Below are positions 25,436 through 40,244 of a stretch of DNA of 64,000 nt, one piece after another (position 1 is the stretch's first letter; every line of letters starts with the position of its first letter). The translations under genes and the position numbers were made by a program. The stretch is taken from NCBI GenBank assembly GCA_012295275.1, contig CM022679.1:24366001-24430000 (forward strand), written 5' to 3'. Below the pieces are notes generated by a model. That model was not told the DNA's origin. It saw nothing but the letters and a program-made list of their open reading frames with translations, and made no database searches. The DNA comes from Chrysomallon squamiferum. Taxonomy: Eukaryota; Animalia; Mollusca.

Positions 25436-27582
25436 ATCATTATTTCATATATAAATCTAGATATAAAAATGGTTATTTATTTACTTATTAATTAATTAAT
25501 TAATTAATCATCATCATCATTATTATTTTTTTTTTTTATTTTATTTATTAGTTAGTTAAAGTGATGATTGATTTAAAAAGACATAATTATTTCATAAACA
25601 GCAACTAAAGCCATATTTCTTTTCCTCTTAAAACGTGTTACATGCTTTTCTATTTCTGTATTTCTGTTATTACTATTTTTATTGCAGTAACGTTTTCAGC
25701 TTAACAACTTTTTTATTTGAATGTTTAAAAGAGCACCTCTTAAGCTAGCTCTAAAGAGTTTTCTGATGGGGGATTTCCTTAACAAATCACTTGTCACTGG
25801 TGTTATATTTAGTCATAATTATTTCTTTAACTCTAAATATCCAGTTTTATTTATGTCCGTTGTAGACGATATCTTTTCTGTTCAACCATTTAATTTATTT
25901 CCTATTTTGTTTAAAGTTTAGTTGAGATGTCTGCAGCAGAGACATTTTGTAAAAATATCTTTTTATTTTCCCTTCTTGTACTACTATCACTACCTACTTC
26001 TGTTCTACTACTACTACTACTACAACTATTACTATTACTACTACTACTAATCCATCATGGTAGCCCATTGAACAATTTCTTTCTCTGTGCTCCCTTTAAG
26101 CTGTTTCCCGGTCCAGCCAATTTGTTTTCCTTTTCAAGGGAAGGTGATATAAAAAGTATTTTATTGCTAATCAAAAATATAGCCAACCGCATTAATGAGT
26201 TTCCTCAAACATTACTGTATGGTTCTTCAACAAGATATTGTGTATGATGTGACATAATTGTATATTAAACATATTTTATGTCTATTCTAACATAAAATAC
26301 CTCTTTTCTCCTACTTTATAACAAATATATAAGAGTAGATGATCTTGTATTATACTATTTTGAGTCCAATAAAAAAAAAAAAAAAAAAAAAAAAAATAAC
26401 AACAAAAAAACCCCTACTTTTTCCTTCTTTAAAACAAACATAAACTAAAAATGTATGGAATGTAAAATAAAACTTGTTTTCCTTCCTGTTTTAAAAAAAA
26501 AAAGTATATGACGCCATAACAGTAAATTTGAAAACTATGTTTAGTAAATAAAACGTTTCTATTTCTGACAGCATCATTAAGTATGCTAAGTGTTAAAAAC
26601 AGGCGTGAGTTTAATATCTTAAAACACTGACATTTATTTCTGAGTTTATTACGATTGCTGCTTATGACGTAGAGCACACATTTTTTTTTTCTTCTTTTTT
26701 TTTCTTTCGATGTCCAAAAGCGATGGATAGGTCATGCACGGTATATTAACAAAATGAACAACAACGACAACGTTGACGTCAAAAATAAAAACAATAGACC
26801 AACAGCTCAGCAAATATTTTAATGTATTATGAAATTGCGTGGTTATGACGGTGTCCGCGCCTGAATACATCGAGTTGCGCACAAATATGAATTATCAACT
26901 GAAATTATTTATCTGTTTTATTCAGTAGAATCTTATATCCACTACAAATTATTTATCTTGTTCGTTCACCACACTCATATCCTGAATAAAATTTTGTCGT
27001 CTTTTGCTCCTAGATTGCTACATATAGTAAAAAAAAAAAAAAAAAAAAAAATCAAATTAAAAAAAAGTCACTAAACTTCTATTTCCAATAAAAATGGCGT
27101 ATCTTCTTTTTTCAGTAGGCTCCCAAATCCATCAAGAATTAGTTATTTTCTTTAGGTCATTATACTCATACATTCAATCATTATTTTTCATTACAACCAA
27201 TAAAAACGATTTATCTTCATTCGTCACTAGACGGATATATATATATATATTTGTCTCAGTTTTAAAGAAGAAAGGGCAAGTATATTATTTTGATTAGTAA
27301 CAAATTACTTTTTATTTCACCTTCCTTTGGAAAGGAAAACATTTATCACTGACTGATAAGACAAACACACATGGCCGGGCTGGGAAACAGTTTAACGGGA
27401 ACACCCTGTAAGAAACCTTTCAATAGGCCATCAGCATTGATTTAGTAGTCGTAATAATAATAGCAATAGTTGTAGCAGTAACAGTAGTAGTAATATTAAT
27501 ATTAGTGATAGTACTAACAGTTATAAAAGAAATATTATTAATAGTAGTAGTAGTAGTAGTAGTAGTGGTAGTAGTAGTAGTG

Positions 27583-27623
<41 letters not shown>

Positions 27624-28080
27624 TATAGCAGCAATAGAAACATAATAATATTAATAATAGAAACAAAATTATATTAGCAATAGAAACAAAATAATATTAA
27701 TGAAAAAAATAGCTACAGATGCAGTAATACTAGTATTAGTTGTTATATAAGTTGTAGTAGCTGTTATTATAGTAATAGAAAAAAATATTATCACTAGTAA
27801 TAATAAAAAAAATAATAATAATTATGATTAAAACAACTTTGTCACGCAATCTCACGATATTATAATTACCTTGGTACAAAACAATCACTAAGTATTCCAA
27901 ATAAAGCAAATTCACATCATGTCACTCATTACTGTACTTGAATAAATAAAATAAAACAGTTATCACAGAAGTTTGCGTGTTTAAAATGGATGACTGCTAT
28001 TGTTGCTATTGTTATTGTTATTGCACCAGTGTGCGTGTTTACTGTGGTTGTTCATGTTATTATTGTTATATTCTGGACCG

Positions 28081-28111
<31 letters not shown>

Positions 28112-28205
28112 TAAATAAATAAAAAAAAAATAAATAAAAAAAAATAAATAAATAAATAAATAAATAAGAATAAATAAATTAGAAAAAATGAAATTCTGCG
28201 TAACA

Positions 28206-28507
28206 AATACAAATTAATATTCTTCTAAAATCTGTTTTTTGTTGTAAACGAAAGAAAAAAAATAAAGAGAAATAAAACTAATGTCGGTGTTTTTTTTAAT
28301 AATAAATTTTTATTTTTTTTATATATTTATTTTTTTTTAATCAAGAAAAACGAAAAATAAAGAAATAAAATTTTACTTAATAGATACAAATTAATATTCT
28401 TTTAGAACCTCTTTGTTGTTGCAAAACGAACGAAGGAAACAAGAAAACAAATAACGATAAATAAAACAAATATCGGTGTTTTTTAATAATTCATTTTTGT
28501 AATCAAG
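28206..28507. repeat. Diverged local duplication (period ~180 bp)
   Basis: atacaaattaatattctt...aaataaaac.aat.tcggtgttttttaataat...aatcaaga occurs twice. Confidence 0.8.
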
Positions 28508-28990
28508 ACATTTTGATTGACACGTACGCCAACTTCGATATACCGTGCACTGAAATAACAATAAGAAACAGACAGCCAAAAAAAAAAAAAAAAAAAAAAA
28601 TTAATGTTTGTCAAGCATGCAAACAAATATTAAAATCTCGTTAACTGTAAAAGGAAACGGCCACTCAAGCATTGTCTGACTGTTAATGTACACAAGGGGT
28701 GTTAAATTTCCACACAAAAAAAAAACTCCGATGACATTTTACAGTAAATGTAACAACTTAGATTAATTTCTGGTTCGGACAATTCTAAAACGTCGTCAGT
28801 TGATAATAATGACACGAAAGGATGATTTTATGGATTAACTTAATCAAGTTATTGCGATAAATAATTCATGCGTAAACCCCAGTCACATATGGTTTGAAAA
28901 AAATAAAACAAATGGACATAAAAGAAAAAAAAAAAAATAATATAAATAATAATCAAAATACTACTACTACTGCTACTACTATTACTACTG

Positions 28991-29062
<72 letters not shown>

Positions 29063-29490
29063 GTAATAATAATAATAATTCAAATTCAAAAAATTGAGAG
29101 AGAGAGAGAGAAAAAATCATCTTTTACCTTTCGTCTATTCTTATACCCCAGTCACTGATTTGTGTCTTAGACGCCATTTTTTCTGTCATCAGAGACTGTG
29201 ACATTTGTCCGGAGACGTGTCACCTACAGGTGATTTCTCTGAAGCTTGTTTTGGTCAAATACCAATGTCCAGTGGACAGTCTGTCGCAAACTGGCTGACC
29301 GCCGCCGATACAGCCTGGAGTTATTCTGTTTGTTATCAGTTTGTTTGAAGTTAGTTTCTTTTAATGTTAATTAGTCTGTCTAGTGACCTCCTTTTTTTTT
29401 TTAATGTACTCACTGACGAAATGACAGACGTTTGGACGTGTGGCCCTGAGGAAAGATGTAACAGTACACATTCTCGAATAGTTGATGGTG

Positions 29491-29559
<69 letters not shown>

Positions 29560-30203
29560 TGTATGTGTGTGGAGTATATATGTAAGAATATGTATGTATG
29601 TATGAATGTGTTTATATATATATGTATGTATGTAGGTATGAAGGTAGGTATTTGTGTATGTATCAGTATATGTATTTATGTACAGGTATGTACCTTCATA
29701 CGTATGTGTATCATCTTGGCTGCAATTTAACAATTTCTTTAGTTCATGTTAAATTTAAATTCCCTATGAATTCTGACACGATTTCATCGAAGACATTTTC
29801 AAGAAAACGTTTTGCACTTTTACTTCACTCTGTACTTGTAACGATGAATGTTTGATATAAATCTCTTTCACTCCTTCATCTAAAACTTCTTCCAGTCTGT
29901 CCAAGGACCAACAGGCCACGGTTGCTCAATTTATCTCAGACGTGATACGGTGAGAATTCTTGCAATCAGGCAATGAAAACTATATTTATTACTGTGATAA
30001 GACGCGTTGTAGACCTCAGACAAAATACTACGTTATATCAGCTTAAAAACGCAGCGGATTTATCTGAAGTTTCAGTGAGTGAACGTAAAATAACGGAATG
30101 ATTTCGTTTCGTAATAATTAATGAATTAGTTCGCTAGTTACATGGTGTTTCAGATTTTGTTATGTATTTAAGAACTGGTATTTGATAAACCGTTCTGAAA
30201 AGA

Positions 30204-30246
<43 letters not shown>

Positions 30247-30501
30247 AAACAAAATAAAATAAAAATAAACCTAATCTGAAAAGTCTTCTAGAATTACTTT
30301 TGAAAGCTAAATTTAAGAATCCTTCTGTGCTGTACTATCAGTGTTGATACGTGTGATACAACTGCTTGACGTCCTGGTGCAAGCAAATACATTTTTATCT
30401 CAGAAACATTTATTAAGTGCGACTCCTTTTTCACGGGAAAAAAGTGTCGTAAAAATGATAAGATAAGTGCAACTATTTACAGTATTTTATATATCTGTAA
30501 G

Positions 30502-30608
<107 letters not shown>

Positions 30609-30623
30609 GAGAGAGAGAGAACA

Positions 30624-30706
<83 letters not shown>

Positions 30707-31129
30707 TAACAGACAGTCAAAGAGAGACAAGTAACAGACAGAGACAGATAAAAGTCCAGACAGCCTGACTAGAGAAACATACAAGAAATAGCGACAATGA
30801 AAAAGAGAGACTGCAGTCACAGATAGACGCAAGGAATGATTTAGAAATTGTAATATGTAGAAACGGAGAGAGCGATCTTGGCGTTTTCCCATCAGATCAG
30901 TACTTTAAGCATATCTGAATATTTCCTCGAAAACATCCCATGTACGCACACGTTATCAGTAATGGAAACCTATACTCAGGAATAATTTAATAATTAAGCT
31001 TAATTATCTATGCAGTCGCATATTCTTTACTAAAAATACAACAAGAATGTTATCAATCGACATTCATTACATATTTATTACTTATATAGATAATCGTTAT
31101 CACTTATATAGATAATCGTTATCACACAC

Positions 31130-31270
31130 ACACAAACACAGATATGGCACAAAAGGACAAAGTACAATCACGAGCTCACAAACGCATCTGATGCCTCTGA
31201 CGAGATTCGAACGCAAAGAACCCATTGGCTTTATCTTGGTGCAAAATATTTTACATGCACGGTATTTCAT
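31130..31270 (-). mobile_element. Possible degenerate tRNA-derived SINE remnant
   Basis: The minus strand has a B-box-like GTTCGAATCTC (+ strand gagattcgaac near 31202-31212) followed by a simple-repeat tail. No A box is recognisable. Confidence 0.3.
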
Positions 31271-31637
31271 TAACGACACAGGTGCATGAAAATAACACTT
31301 TCATAAACTCAGTCTGAACCGGACGATTTATCTAACATGTGTGTGCCTGCAACAAAAATAAAATAATAAAAAAATAAAAAATTTCCAGTACATTCCTTCG
31401 TTAGTTCTTATGTTGTTTTTGGTCGTAAAAATGGCTTCAGTGTTATTAAGACACGTTACTAACTGTATGACATACAGAGGAGTCGCTAACGAAAATGAGG
31501 GGAAAAAAAAAACAAAAACATTAACAGTATTTAGATCTGCGCGTGTTTGCCGTTTCCCACGTGCATTAGGTTAAGGATTCTTCAGACGAATGATGTATTA
31601 GTAACAGATGATTTAGAAAGTTTTCATTTCTCTTTAT

Positions 31638-32095
31638 TAGCAGACGACAAAGCGTGAAGGAGTGAATTTTCTGTTTAATAGCAAACGATAAAAAGCGAGT
31701 TTTCAGTTTACTAGCAGAAGATAAAAAGTGAGTTTTCAGTCATAGCAGACGATAAAAAAAATGAATTTTCAGATTTAGCCTAAGGCTAGCAGATGATGAA
31801 AAGCATTTTTTCAGTGTATTAGCGGATGCTAAAAAGTGAATTTTAATTTATAGCCTAGGACGAAAAGTGAATTTTTGAATTTATAAGCAGATCATAAAAC
31901 ATGTTTTTTAATTTACCAGCTGTGATCAAAAGTAAATTTTCAGTTTATCAGCAGATGATAAAAAGTTAATTCTTAATTTACTAGCTGGTGATAAAATGTG
32001 AATTTTCATTTCATTAGTAGATAATAAAAAGAAAATTTTCAGTAGGAGACGATAAAAAAGATTATTTTCAGTTTACTAGCAGGCGATAAATATTA
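31638..32095 (+). repeat. Degenerate ~33-bp minisatellite, ~14 copies
   Basis: Consensus is approximately TAGCAGAYGATAAAAAGTGAATTTTCAGTTTAC, with units starting at 31638, 31679, 31712, 31743, 31787, 31820, 31851 and onward. Looser copies continue to about 32310. Confidence 0.9.
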
Positions 32096-32628
32096 GCATA
32101 AATTTTATTGGCATTAATTTTATTAGATGAAGAAAAAAATAAATTAATATTCATTTTATGAAAGCAAGCCTGCGACAAAAATGATTAAATTTTCACATTA
32201 CTAGCAGACGACAGAAAATAAATATTTAGTTTATTTGCGGACATGACAGTTTGATATTCGTCTTACATACAACAGTTAATACACCAACGTTTATTTGTAG
32301 ATGATAAACAAATAATTTCTTCGTGTATTATTAACTGCCAGTGAATTTTAAAAACCTAATCTTTTTTTTTTTCTCTCTCTCGTTTTCCTTTTTTTAATTT
32401 ATTTATTTTATTTTATTTTATTTTATTTTTATTATTATTATTTGTTCGCTTGTTGTTGTTGTTGAAAAACACAAGTAAAACAACTGGATAGCTATTTTCA
32501 GTTGTCGTCTGCTTCAGAGTCCTGCTCTACCTTACAGCAGACGAACATTTGTTCACGTCGTGCGGCATGTATCTTTCAGAGATAGCAAGTGTTTCTTGCG
32601 ATCCGTGATCCAGCGGGAAAAGCTTCTC

Positions 32629-32765
32629 TCAGTTGTTGTTTACGGCGGTGCACGCACCATTAACAAGAAATCAACCGAGTCGTTTTGAACTCCGTGAACA
32701 AACTCAGAGACTGTCAATGAAAGAAACAACTGTTCAAGTGATTATTCAGGGAATAATTGTCTAAG
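32629..32765 (+). promoter_or_regulatory. Candidate transcription start and non-coding first exon
   Basis: CpG-rich block with an initiator-like TCAGTT at 32629-32634 and a strong donor AAG|GTAAGA at 32763-32771. No downstream coding exon was identified. Confidence 0.35.
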
Positions 32766-32790
32766 GTAAGACTGTATTTTGTGATCGTTA

Positions 32791-32940
32791 TTTTACGTTT
32801 TTGTTGTCCTGTTACAAGTAGCAGATAACTGACAAGATCAACTCTGTTTTCTTTATTTTAAGTCTTATTTTGCGGTACTTATTTTTTACGTTTTTGTTGA
32901 CCTATTACAATTATTTGTTTATTGACAAGATCAACCCTGC
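32791..32940. repeat. Local duplication (period ~95 bp)
   Basis: ttttacgtttttgttg.cct.ttacaa...tgacaagatcaac.ctg occurs twice. Confidence 0.85.
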
Positions 32941-33834
32941 TGTTTTTCTTCCTACTTGATCATTTGAATGAAGAATTATGGAAAGTTAATTTTGTAACTG
33001 TTTATTATTGCAAAACGGATTTCTGTGTAATTTTGTGTATTCCTTAAAACATCTAGGGTAGCCGGTGTTAATTTATCTTATCAACTTAACAAATCCAGAT
33101 AAAAGTTACATGTACATATACATGCGTATATACGTACATACGTACTTATATAGTACATACGTCCGCACATGCATGAATATATTTACATATAATACATATA
33201 TATGCATACATGCATACATACATACATACATACATACATACATACATACACACACATATTTTCTGATCCCGAATATATACGTAATAGATTGTTTTTAATC
33301 TAATAGAAAACATATTAAAGAGAAAAAAATTTTTTTTCTGTTTAAATGTTTTTTCAAAACAGTAAGGTAAGCAAGCAAGTTTGAGGCAGATATTTATATT
33401 ATGTTTTGACATTGTGGCTAAAGAAGTTTCTTTTCTATGTCATTAGCCTATTTCGGTATTATTTTATTTATTTATTTATTTATTTATTTTATTTATTTTG
33501 TTTTGTTTTTGATAAATTTACATTTTTATTGTGTAAAACTGTGCTTCCATTTATTTAAGATAAACGTCTTTATTTAAAAAAAAAAGATAATTGACTCAGT
33601 TGGTTTAAATGTTAGAAATGTAAATCTAGTCAATCTTAAAGAATGCATTTACACCTAGAAGGCTGACTGCGTTATTCGAATATCCTCTCATTACGAGTTC
33701 ATTTACATAAGTATGTTGTGTTTTATTTTACCGAACTAAAAAAGTACGCTGTATGTACAGAAGTTTACAGTGGATTTGTAGATTTACTGAAGGAAATACA
33801 ATTTTTTTTTATTATTATATAAATAAGTAAACGA

Positions 33835-33920
<86 letters not shown>

Positions 33921-34859
33921 TGAGTGTATATATGTGTATTTGTGTGTCTTTGTATGTGTATAAAGTCCTGAACCATTATTATTCAAAATATTATTATTTT
34001 CAAGTCATATTATATATTTTAATTAATTAATTAACCAATATCATGTTTTGCAACGGAGATACTAGAAAAGAAACTTCCACAATATAGGCAATTTTTGACG
34101 ATTTGCAAATAGAGATATTAATTTTCATATACATCTTGTCTTTGCCCAGAAAACAGATATTATGACCCGTAATAAACTTTAATACTGCTTTTTTTTTTTT
34201 TTTGTTTAATTGTTGAGAATATAACGACCTGTTTTAAATCTTGTGTTATGTTAATATTTTAAAATACAGTGCAAATGTATCTTAGCTTTTTACAAAACGA
34301 AGCGTGAGAGATAAAGAGGAACATTAGAAAATTAATATTAAAATGGACTGAAAAATTAAAGTTTTCAGCCAAGCTCTTTATGTTTAGTAAGTTTTAGTGC
34401 AGTTAAAATATATTTTTATCATTTTAAAACTGATTATGCCAAAAGCATTTTGAAAATGTTATTGTTGTCGTCATCGTTATCGTCATCATCGATTATTGTG
34501 TTTAATTGAACAACACCAGCATCAACTTCACAATGTTTCTGTTTCCTTGTTCGATAAATAGCTTTATAATTAGTTTCATTTTAGAACACCTTATAGCTTT
34601 ACGCTAAAATAGAATCAGATTCTCTTTCCAAAAATCGTTTCGTAAAATCATAGGCGAGAGCTGCGTTTGGAATACACATCTCTACTTGAGTGTCTCTTTT
34701 CTGTAATACGGCTAAAGTCGCAACTTGTGCGTAACAGCCATTTTTTATTTTAACTGAAACTCAGACGTTTGTTGCTTTTGTTTTGCACTTTACACCAATC
34801 AGTAGCAAGCATTAGTGTTTTTTTTTTTTTTTTTTTAAAGACTTCAACACAAACAGGAT

Positions 34860-35200
34860 AGCACTTTCCATTACCTTTATCATACCAGCGGGACGGGGCA
34901 AAAGGTCAAAAGGGCAATCGACGCAATGCAATCAAATACGTAACAGGAAACATTTTACACGGGCGCTGTTCCTGCCAGACAAGTTTTAACAGCGGCTAAC
35001 AAAGATTAACGGACTCGCTGACAGATTACACCAACAGAACGCCGACTTCATCACGGCTAGCACGAACAATGACGTGCAGATCCGCTGTTGAATCGTCTCC
35101 TCTCCCGTCAGTGCACGTGTCCAACGCTCTCGGGTCCACTGCGTGGATTTCGTTTCGGGTTGCAGTGCAGCGAGTGGTTTAGCGTTTGTTTTAATTAATC
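34860..35200. promoter_or_regulatory. CpG/GC-rich putative cis-regulatory block
   Basis: One of the most GC-rich non-repetitive stretches in the window, with no credible ORF. It contains nuclear-receptor half-site repeats, TGACGT, CACGTG and TTAATTAA motifs. Confidence 0.4.
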
Positions 35201-35980
35201 TGATTGAAAAAACGTGTAGACTCGTTTAGACTTTCAGTTTAAATGAATAAATATGCAACAGGTGAATTTTGTCCAGGTTGATGCATGTTTTTTTTTTTAA
35301 TTGGATACAGTGCCCCCAGATGCAAAAGGTTAAAAGAAAAAAAGTAGTGAATTGTGTTTGGAATATTTTTTATAGGTCAAATGTGTAACAGTATGAACTG
35401 GTTTTGCTTCAGATACTGCGTCTGTTATTATTATCACTGTTACTATCACTACTCCAAAATATCAACCACTACTATTACTATATTACCATCACGACAACTT
35501 CAGAACAAAAATCGTTACTACTACGATTAATACAAGTATCACAGTCACTACTGTCTTTATAAAATAACTAATATTATTACCACTGTTCCTCCGGCTTCTA
35601 GTACTTTACTGTTAATATAACTATTACTATTACCACTGTTATCACTAACTCTAAATAAATAATTAACAGATACTGCTGCTGCTGCTGTTAAAGTTACGAC
35701 TGCTAAGAGTAAATGACTTTTTAAAATTCCAAGATGAAGATTAAAAAACAAATATCTGGCGGTAATAGATTTCCTTCAACTGTTTCAAGATGTGATTCTA
35801 AATTTATACCAACTCATCCATAAATAGAACATTACGTTGAAAAAAAACACACACAACAACAACAACAGATAAATAAATAAATAAACTCCTCAGTTATCTT
35901 AAACATATTTAAATAAATGGCAAATTCCTGCGTTCTTCATCCAGTCTCGAAGACGCTTGATTAAACCATCTATTTTAGGA

Positions 35981-36224
35981 CTGAACGTTATCGTGTTCAA
36001 ATCCTTTAACATACCTATAGTTAACTGCGAAAATGTAAGACAACATTATCATCTAATTAATCTTTCAACTAAAGCAACCCAAACGTGGGCAGACCGTCCT
36101 GACTGCTAAAACTGATAGCTATTGCGTTCAAATCCCAGAACCTACCTACAGATAACAGCAAGACCACAATGTCATCTAACTAATCTTTCAACTAAAACCG
36201 ACCCAAAATTGGACAGACAATCCT
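35981..36224. repeat. Diverged tandem duplication (period ~125 bp), each unit with a B-box-like GTTCAAATCC
   Basis: gttcaaatcc...tacct...tcatctaa.taatctttcaactaaa...acccaaa...cagac..tcct occurs twice. Confidence 0.85.
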
Positions 36225-36688
36225 ATATAATGGAATATCAGTGGATACAAGCACGTTTCAAAAATACTTGATTGTTTCACCGATTCTCTGATTAAATAAA
36301 TTATTGCACGTATCTAGATTGTTGTTTTCATTTTCGATACCATTTTGTTAAAGTTTTATTGTCTGGCTTATTTGCTCAAACGCCGAAGAATGGTTGAATC
36401 TTTAACAGATGTCATAACATACTTCATAAAACTGTACTGGAATACTTGATGTCGCCATATATTAAAAATATACGTGAATATACGTATGCATGTATGTATG
36501 ATTGTATGAATGTATGTATCTATGAATGTATGTATGTATGTATGTATGTATGCATGCATGTATATATTTATGTATATATGTATATATTATAGTACTCATA
36601 TATATTAGGTGTTTTATTTCATTTTGTTTATTTTATTTTATTTTATTTTATTGCGGTTAGTTAATTTTGTTAAGTCATTCAGATGTAC

Positions 36689-36783
<95 letters not shown>

Positions 36784-37643
36784 ATATTTACCTACAAATA
36801 TCTTTTTTATGTAATATCAGTGGCAAATGAAATCATCACCATCCATTTCACACCATGTCATAAATCAAAAAAAAATATGTTAGTTATTTTGTGTATGTTG
36901 ATAAAACCTTCAAGTGTTCTGTGGAAAGATTCGCCAAGAGTCAGATAAGATTGTTTACATTACGTACAGACGTAAACCGTTACTTCGTCACCTACACGCC
37001 ATATCGAAATCGTCTGCTGCTTTCCCGCCAACAACGAGCCACACAGAAATGTACTGCATAGACAGAGCGCTGTGTGATTTGTTGTGTACCGTTCTCTTTT
37101 ATCGTTATACAATCGCGTAACTGACAATACAAAAATTTAAAAATACATATTTACATGTTGTTAATCTAAATATTTTTTGTGTTCGTCTTGTTTATCAAAA
37201 GTCGTGATATGTTTGATTTTTTTAAATTTTTTTATTTTTTTATTTTTTTTATAGGGGAGTGAGAAGCTATTGACTTTTTTTTTTTTTTTTTTGTTGTTTT
37301 TTTTTTTTTGTTTTTTTTTTCTCTCAATATCTTCTCAACACCTTCCTTGTATAAAGAAGTTTGCTCTTAGAAACCATCACTCATTGGACCAACTTTCTAC
37401 CACTAACCTAAACATTCCTAAATCTATCTAAAAAGTCAATTAACACCATTAACTGATTTTTGTGTTATTATTATTATTTATTTTATTTTATTTTTTTATT
37501 CTCTCATTTGACTTTCTTTTTCTTTCTTTCTTCCTTTTTAACCAAAAATTATTATCTCTTTTGATTTTCTTGACTTACTTTTTCTTTCTTCCTTTTTTAA
37601 AAAAAAATTATTATTCTCTCTTTTGATTTTATTTTTCTTCCAC

Positions 37644-37692
<49 letters not shown>

Positions 37693-38964
37693 CCTTTTTA
37701 ATTTATTTTTTAGTTGATTTCTTTTATTTCGTTTGTCTGGTCTCGATTATAAAATTATTTCCGCAGCTGGTTGAAGTCTTAATAACCCAATCAATAAGTC
37801 TGGAATTAATAGAGCCGCCTCGGTTTAAAATACCCCAAAATTGATGACGTTCTTCACGGTTGATTACAGAAAGATTATTTAATCGCTGATTGCTTACTAA
37901 ATAAGGATAAATCGACAAAAGATAAGGATACTCTATTTTTATTGTTTGTGTTTTTCAAAATAGAAATAAAATTAGAAAAGAATTATTGTTAGAAGATTAA
38001 TTCTGCTGCATTAAGAAGGAAAGGAAAAAAGATTTAGTATTTATTATTATTAGTATTTTATTGTTATTAATATCATTTTCATAGTTACTACAGCTGCTGC
38101 TATTCCTTCAGCTATTACCACTATTATTGCTTTCACTACTACAAGTAGTATCATTACCACTGCTACTGTTATTACAACTACTACTAGTACTAGTACTATT
38201 ATTAGTAGTATTATTACTAATATTGCTACTATTACTCCTGGTGCTGTTGCTACTACTGCTACTGCTACCACCACTACTACTACTACTATCACTACTACTA
38301 TTACTTATGTATGTACGTGTGTATTTATGTATGTATCTAGGTATGTGTATATGTATCACCACTGCTGATATTATTACAAAAGCTACTAACTTCTAGTATT
38401 GCTACTGCTATTATAGCTACAATTACTAGTATTAAACGGTTTACATAAATTTCAAAAATAAAAATATGAAGATGAAGTGAAAGAAGACAATCACGACAAT
38501 CATGATGATGATGATGATTACAACAGTGATGCCAATAATACTGGCAATGATGATGATGATGATGATAATGATTTATATATACGTCTATATAAAAAATAGC
38601 TGAAAAAATCTGAAGTTAAACGACGCAAACAAATGATCATTCAAAAACAAAATTAATGTTAGAGAATCATTTTAGAAAAAGGAGAAAAGTTCATGACATA
38701 ATAACATTTTCAATCATTCTGCCAAAACTGCCAGACCCCAAGACGAATCTACTGCGCCATTTAGTCTTCTTGGTTGTTATTTAAAATACAGTCACACTAT
38801 TAACACGTGAAACACATGAGCAGTCTGAAATAATACAAAAACTTTACCTGAAATTGTCAGCCATATAAAAAACACATGTGATACTAGTAATAATGGTTGT
38901 GTAAATTATATAGAAATAGTTACAAATTGACTGAGACAATTCATCGGTATAGTTAATAATTTCA

Positions 38965-39014
<50 letters not shown>

Positions 39015-39966
39015 TAAGTTTGTATAGCTGTTTGTGTTTGTGTCTATACAAACATAACGTACATATATATATATATATATATAAATACATACATACATAT
39101 GTACGTGTACGTATGTTTGTGTACAGTGTATATATTAATAAATCTCTTGAACGGTTATATTCAAGTTTATTAATTACGCTTAATAAACAACACTATTACT
39201 CTCACAACAACACAACACACATTGTTTAATTTCTCTGACCAGTTAACTAGGAAATACGCACAGTGTTTGACACCCAGCATGCATTTCTGTCATTAAGCGG
39301 GAACAATTAAACGTTACTGCTGCTAACTTGCATTACTTAATTGCGGCGAACGTTAAAACTAAAAACGTTGACTGCGGAACGTTTACTGCCCAAATGGCAA
39401 CCTCCAAACACGAAAGTCGTTAATCATCCGATTTCTTTTTGGCAGACATCGGTAAAGTGCAATAAGTGATGAAAGTCAGAGTTAATAATTTCTTCAAGTC
39501 TGCTGGAATTCTGATTTTATTTCAGAGTGCTGTAAGTTGTAGGTGGGGCGGACATCAAAAGAATAGTTTCGTGTTTCTAAAATGCAGATAAAAGCAGAAA
39601 AGGTTAAGGAATGTTAAGATGGTCAGTTCTAATCTTTCTTTTTTTTTTTTTTTTTTTTTTTTTTTTCCTTGTGTAATATATTGAACAATTTTGTTTTTTT
39701 TTGTTATTTAATATACTGATCAAATTTCCTTTATTCTTTTATGATTAACCTCGATCAATATGCATCGTTGCACATATTGGTTTTTTTTAACCCATTTCAA
39801 CCAATGCTGCACGTCCAAGTTATAAAATATGCATAATATGTGTTTTTCGGTTTATAGTAGGACTGCGCATAAAGAAATCTTGTTTTTAATTTTTGCATAA
39901 ACAGCCTACTAGCTGGCAATACAATCCTTCCTCTCAGGAACTGTCGTTATACAACAACAATCAAAA

Positions 39967-40005
<39 letters not shown>

Positions 40006-40205
40006 ATTTAAAAATTCTCAAAGGATCTATTATACGAAGAGATGTTATATCTGAAAAAATAAAACTTAAAAGCGATAAACATTTTTTCATGTGGGAGGCG
40101 CTAAGATAAATTGCACTCGAAACAGTATCTGATTTCTAAATATTTTTTTAATTATTTTATCTTTATTATTTTTTTTTTTATTATTATTTTTTTAATTTTT
40201 ATTTC

Positions 40206-40244
<39 letters not shown>

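Noticed and set aside
31638-32095. CRISPR-like appearance of the 33-bp array (and of the 52.3-52.7 kb motif array)
   Set aside because: Units are head-to-tail and mutually homologous with no unique spacers. There are no cas genes and the context is eukaryotic.
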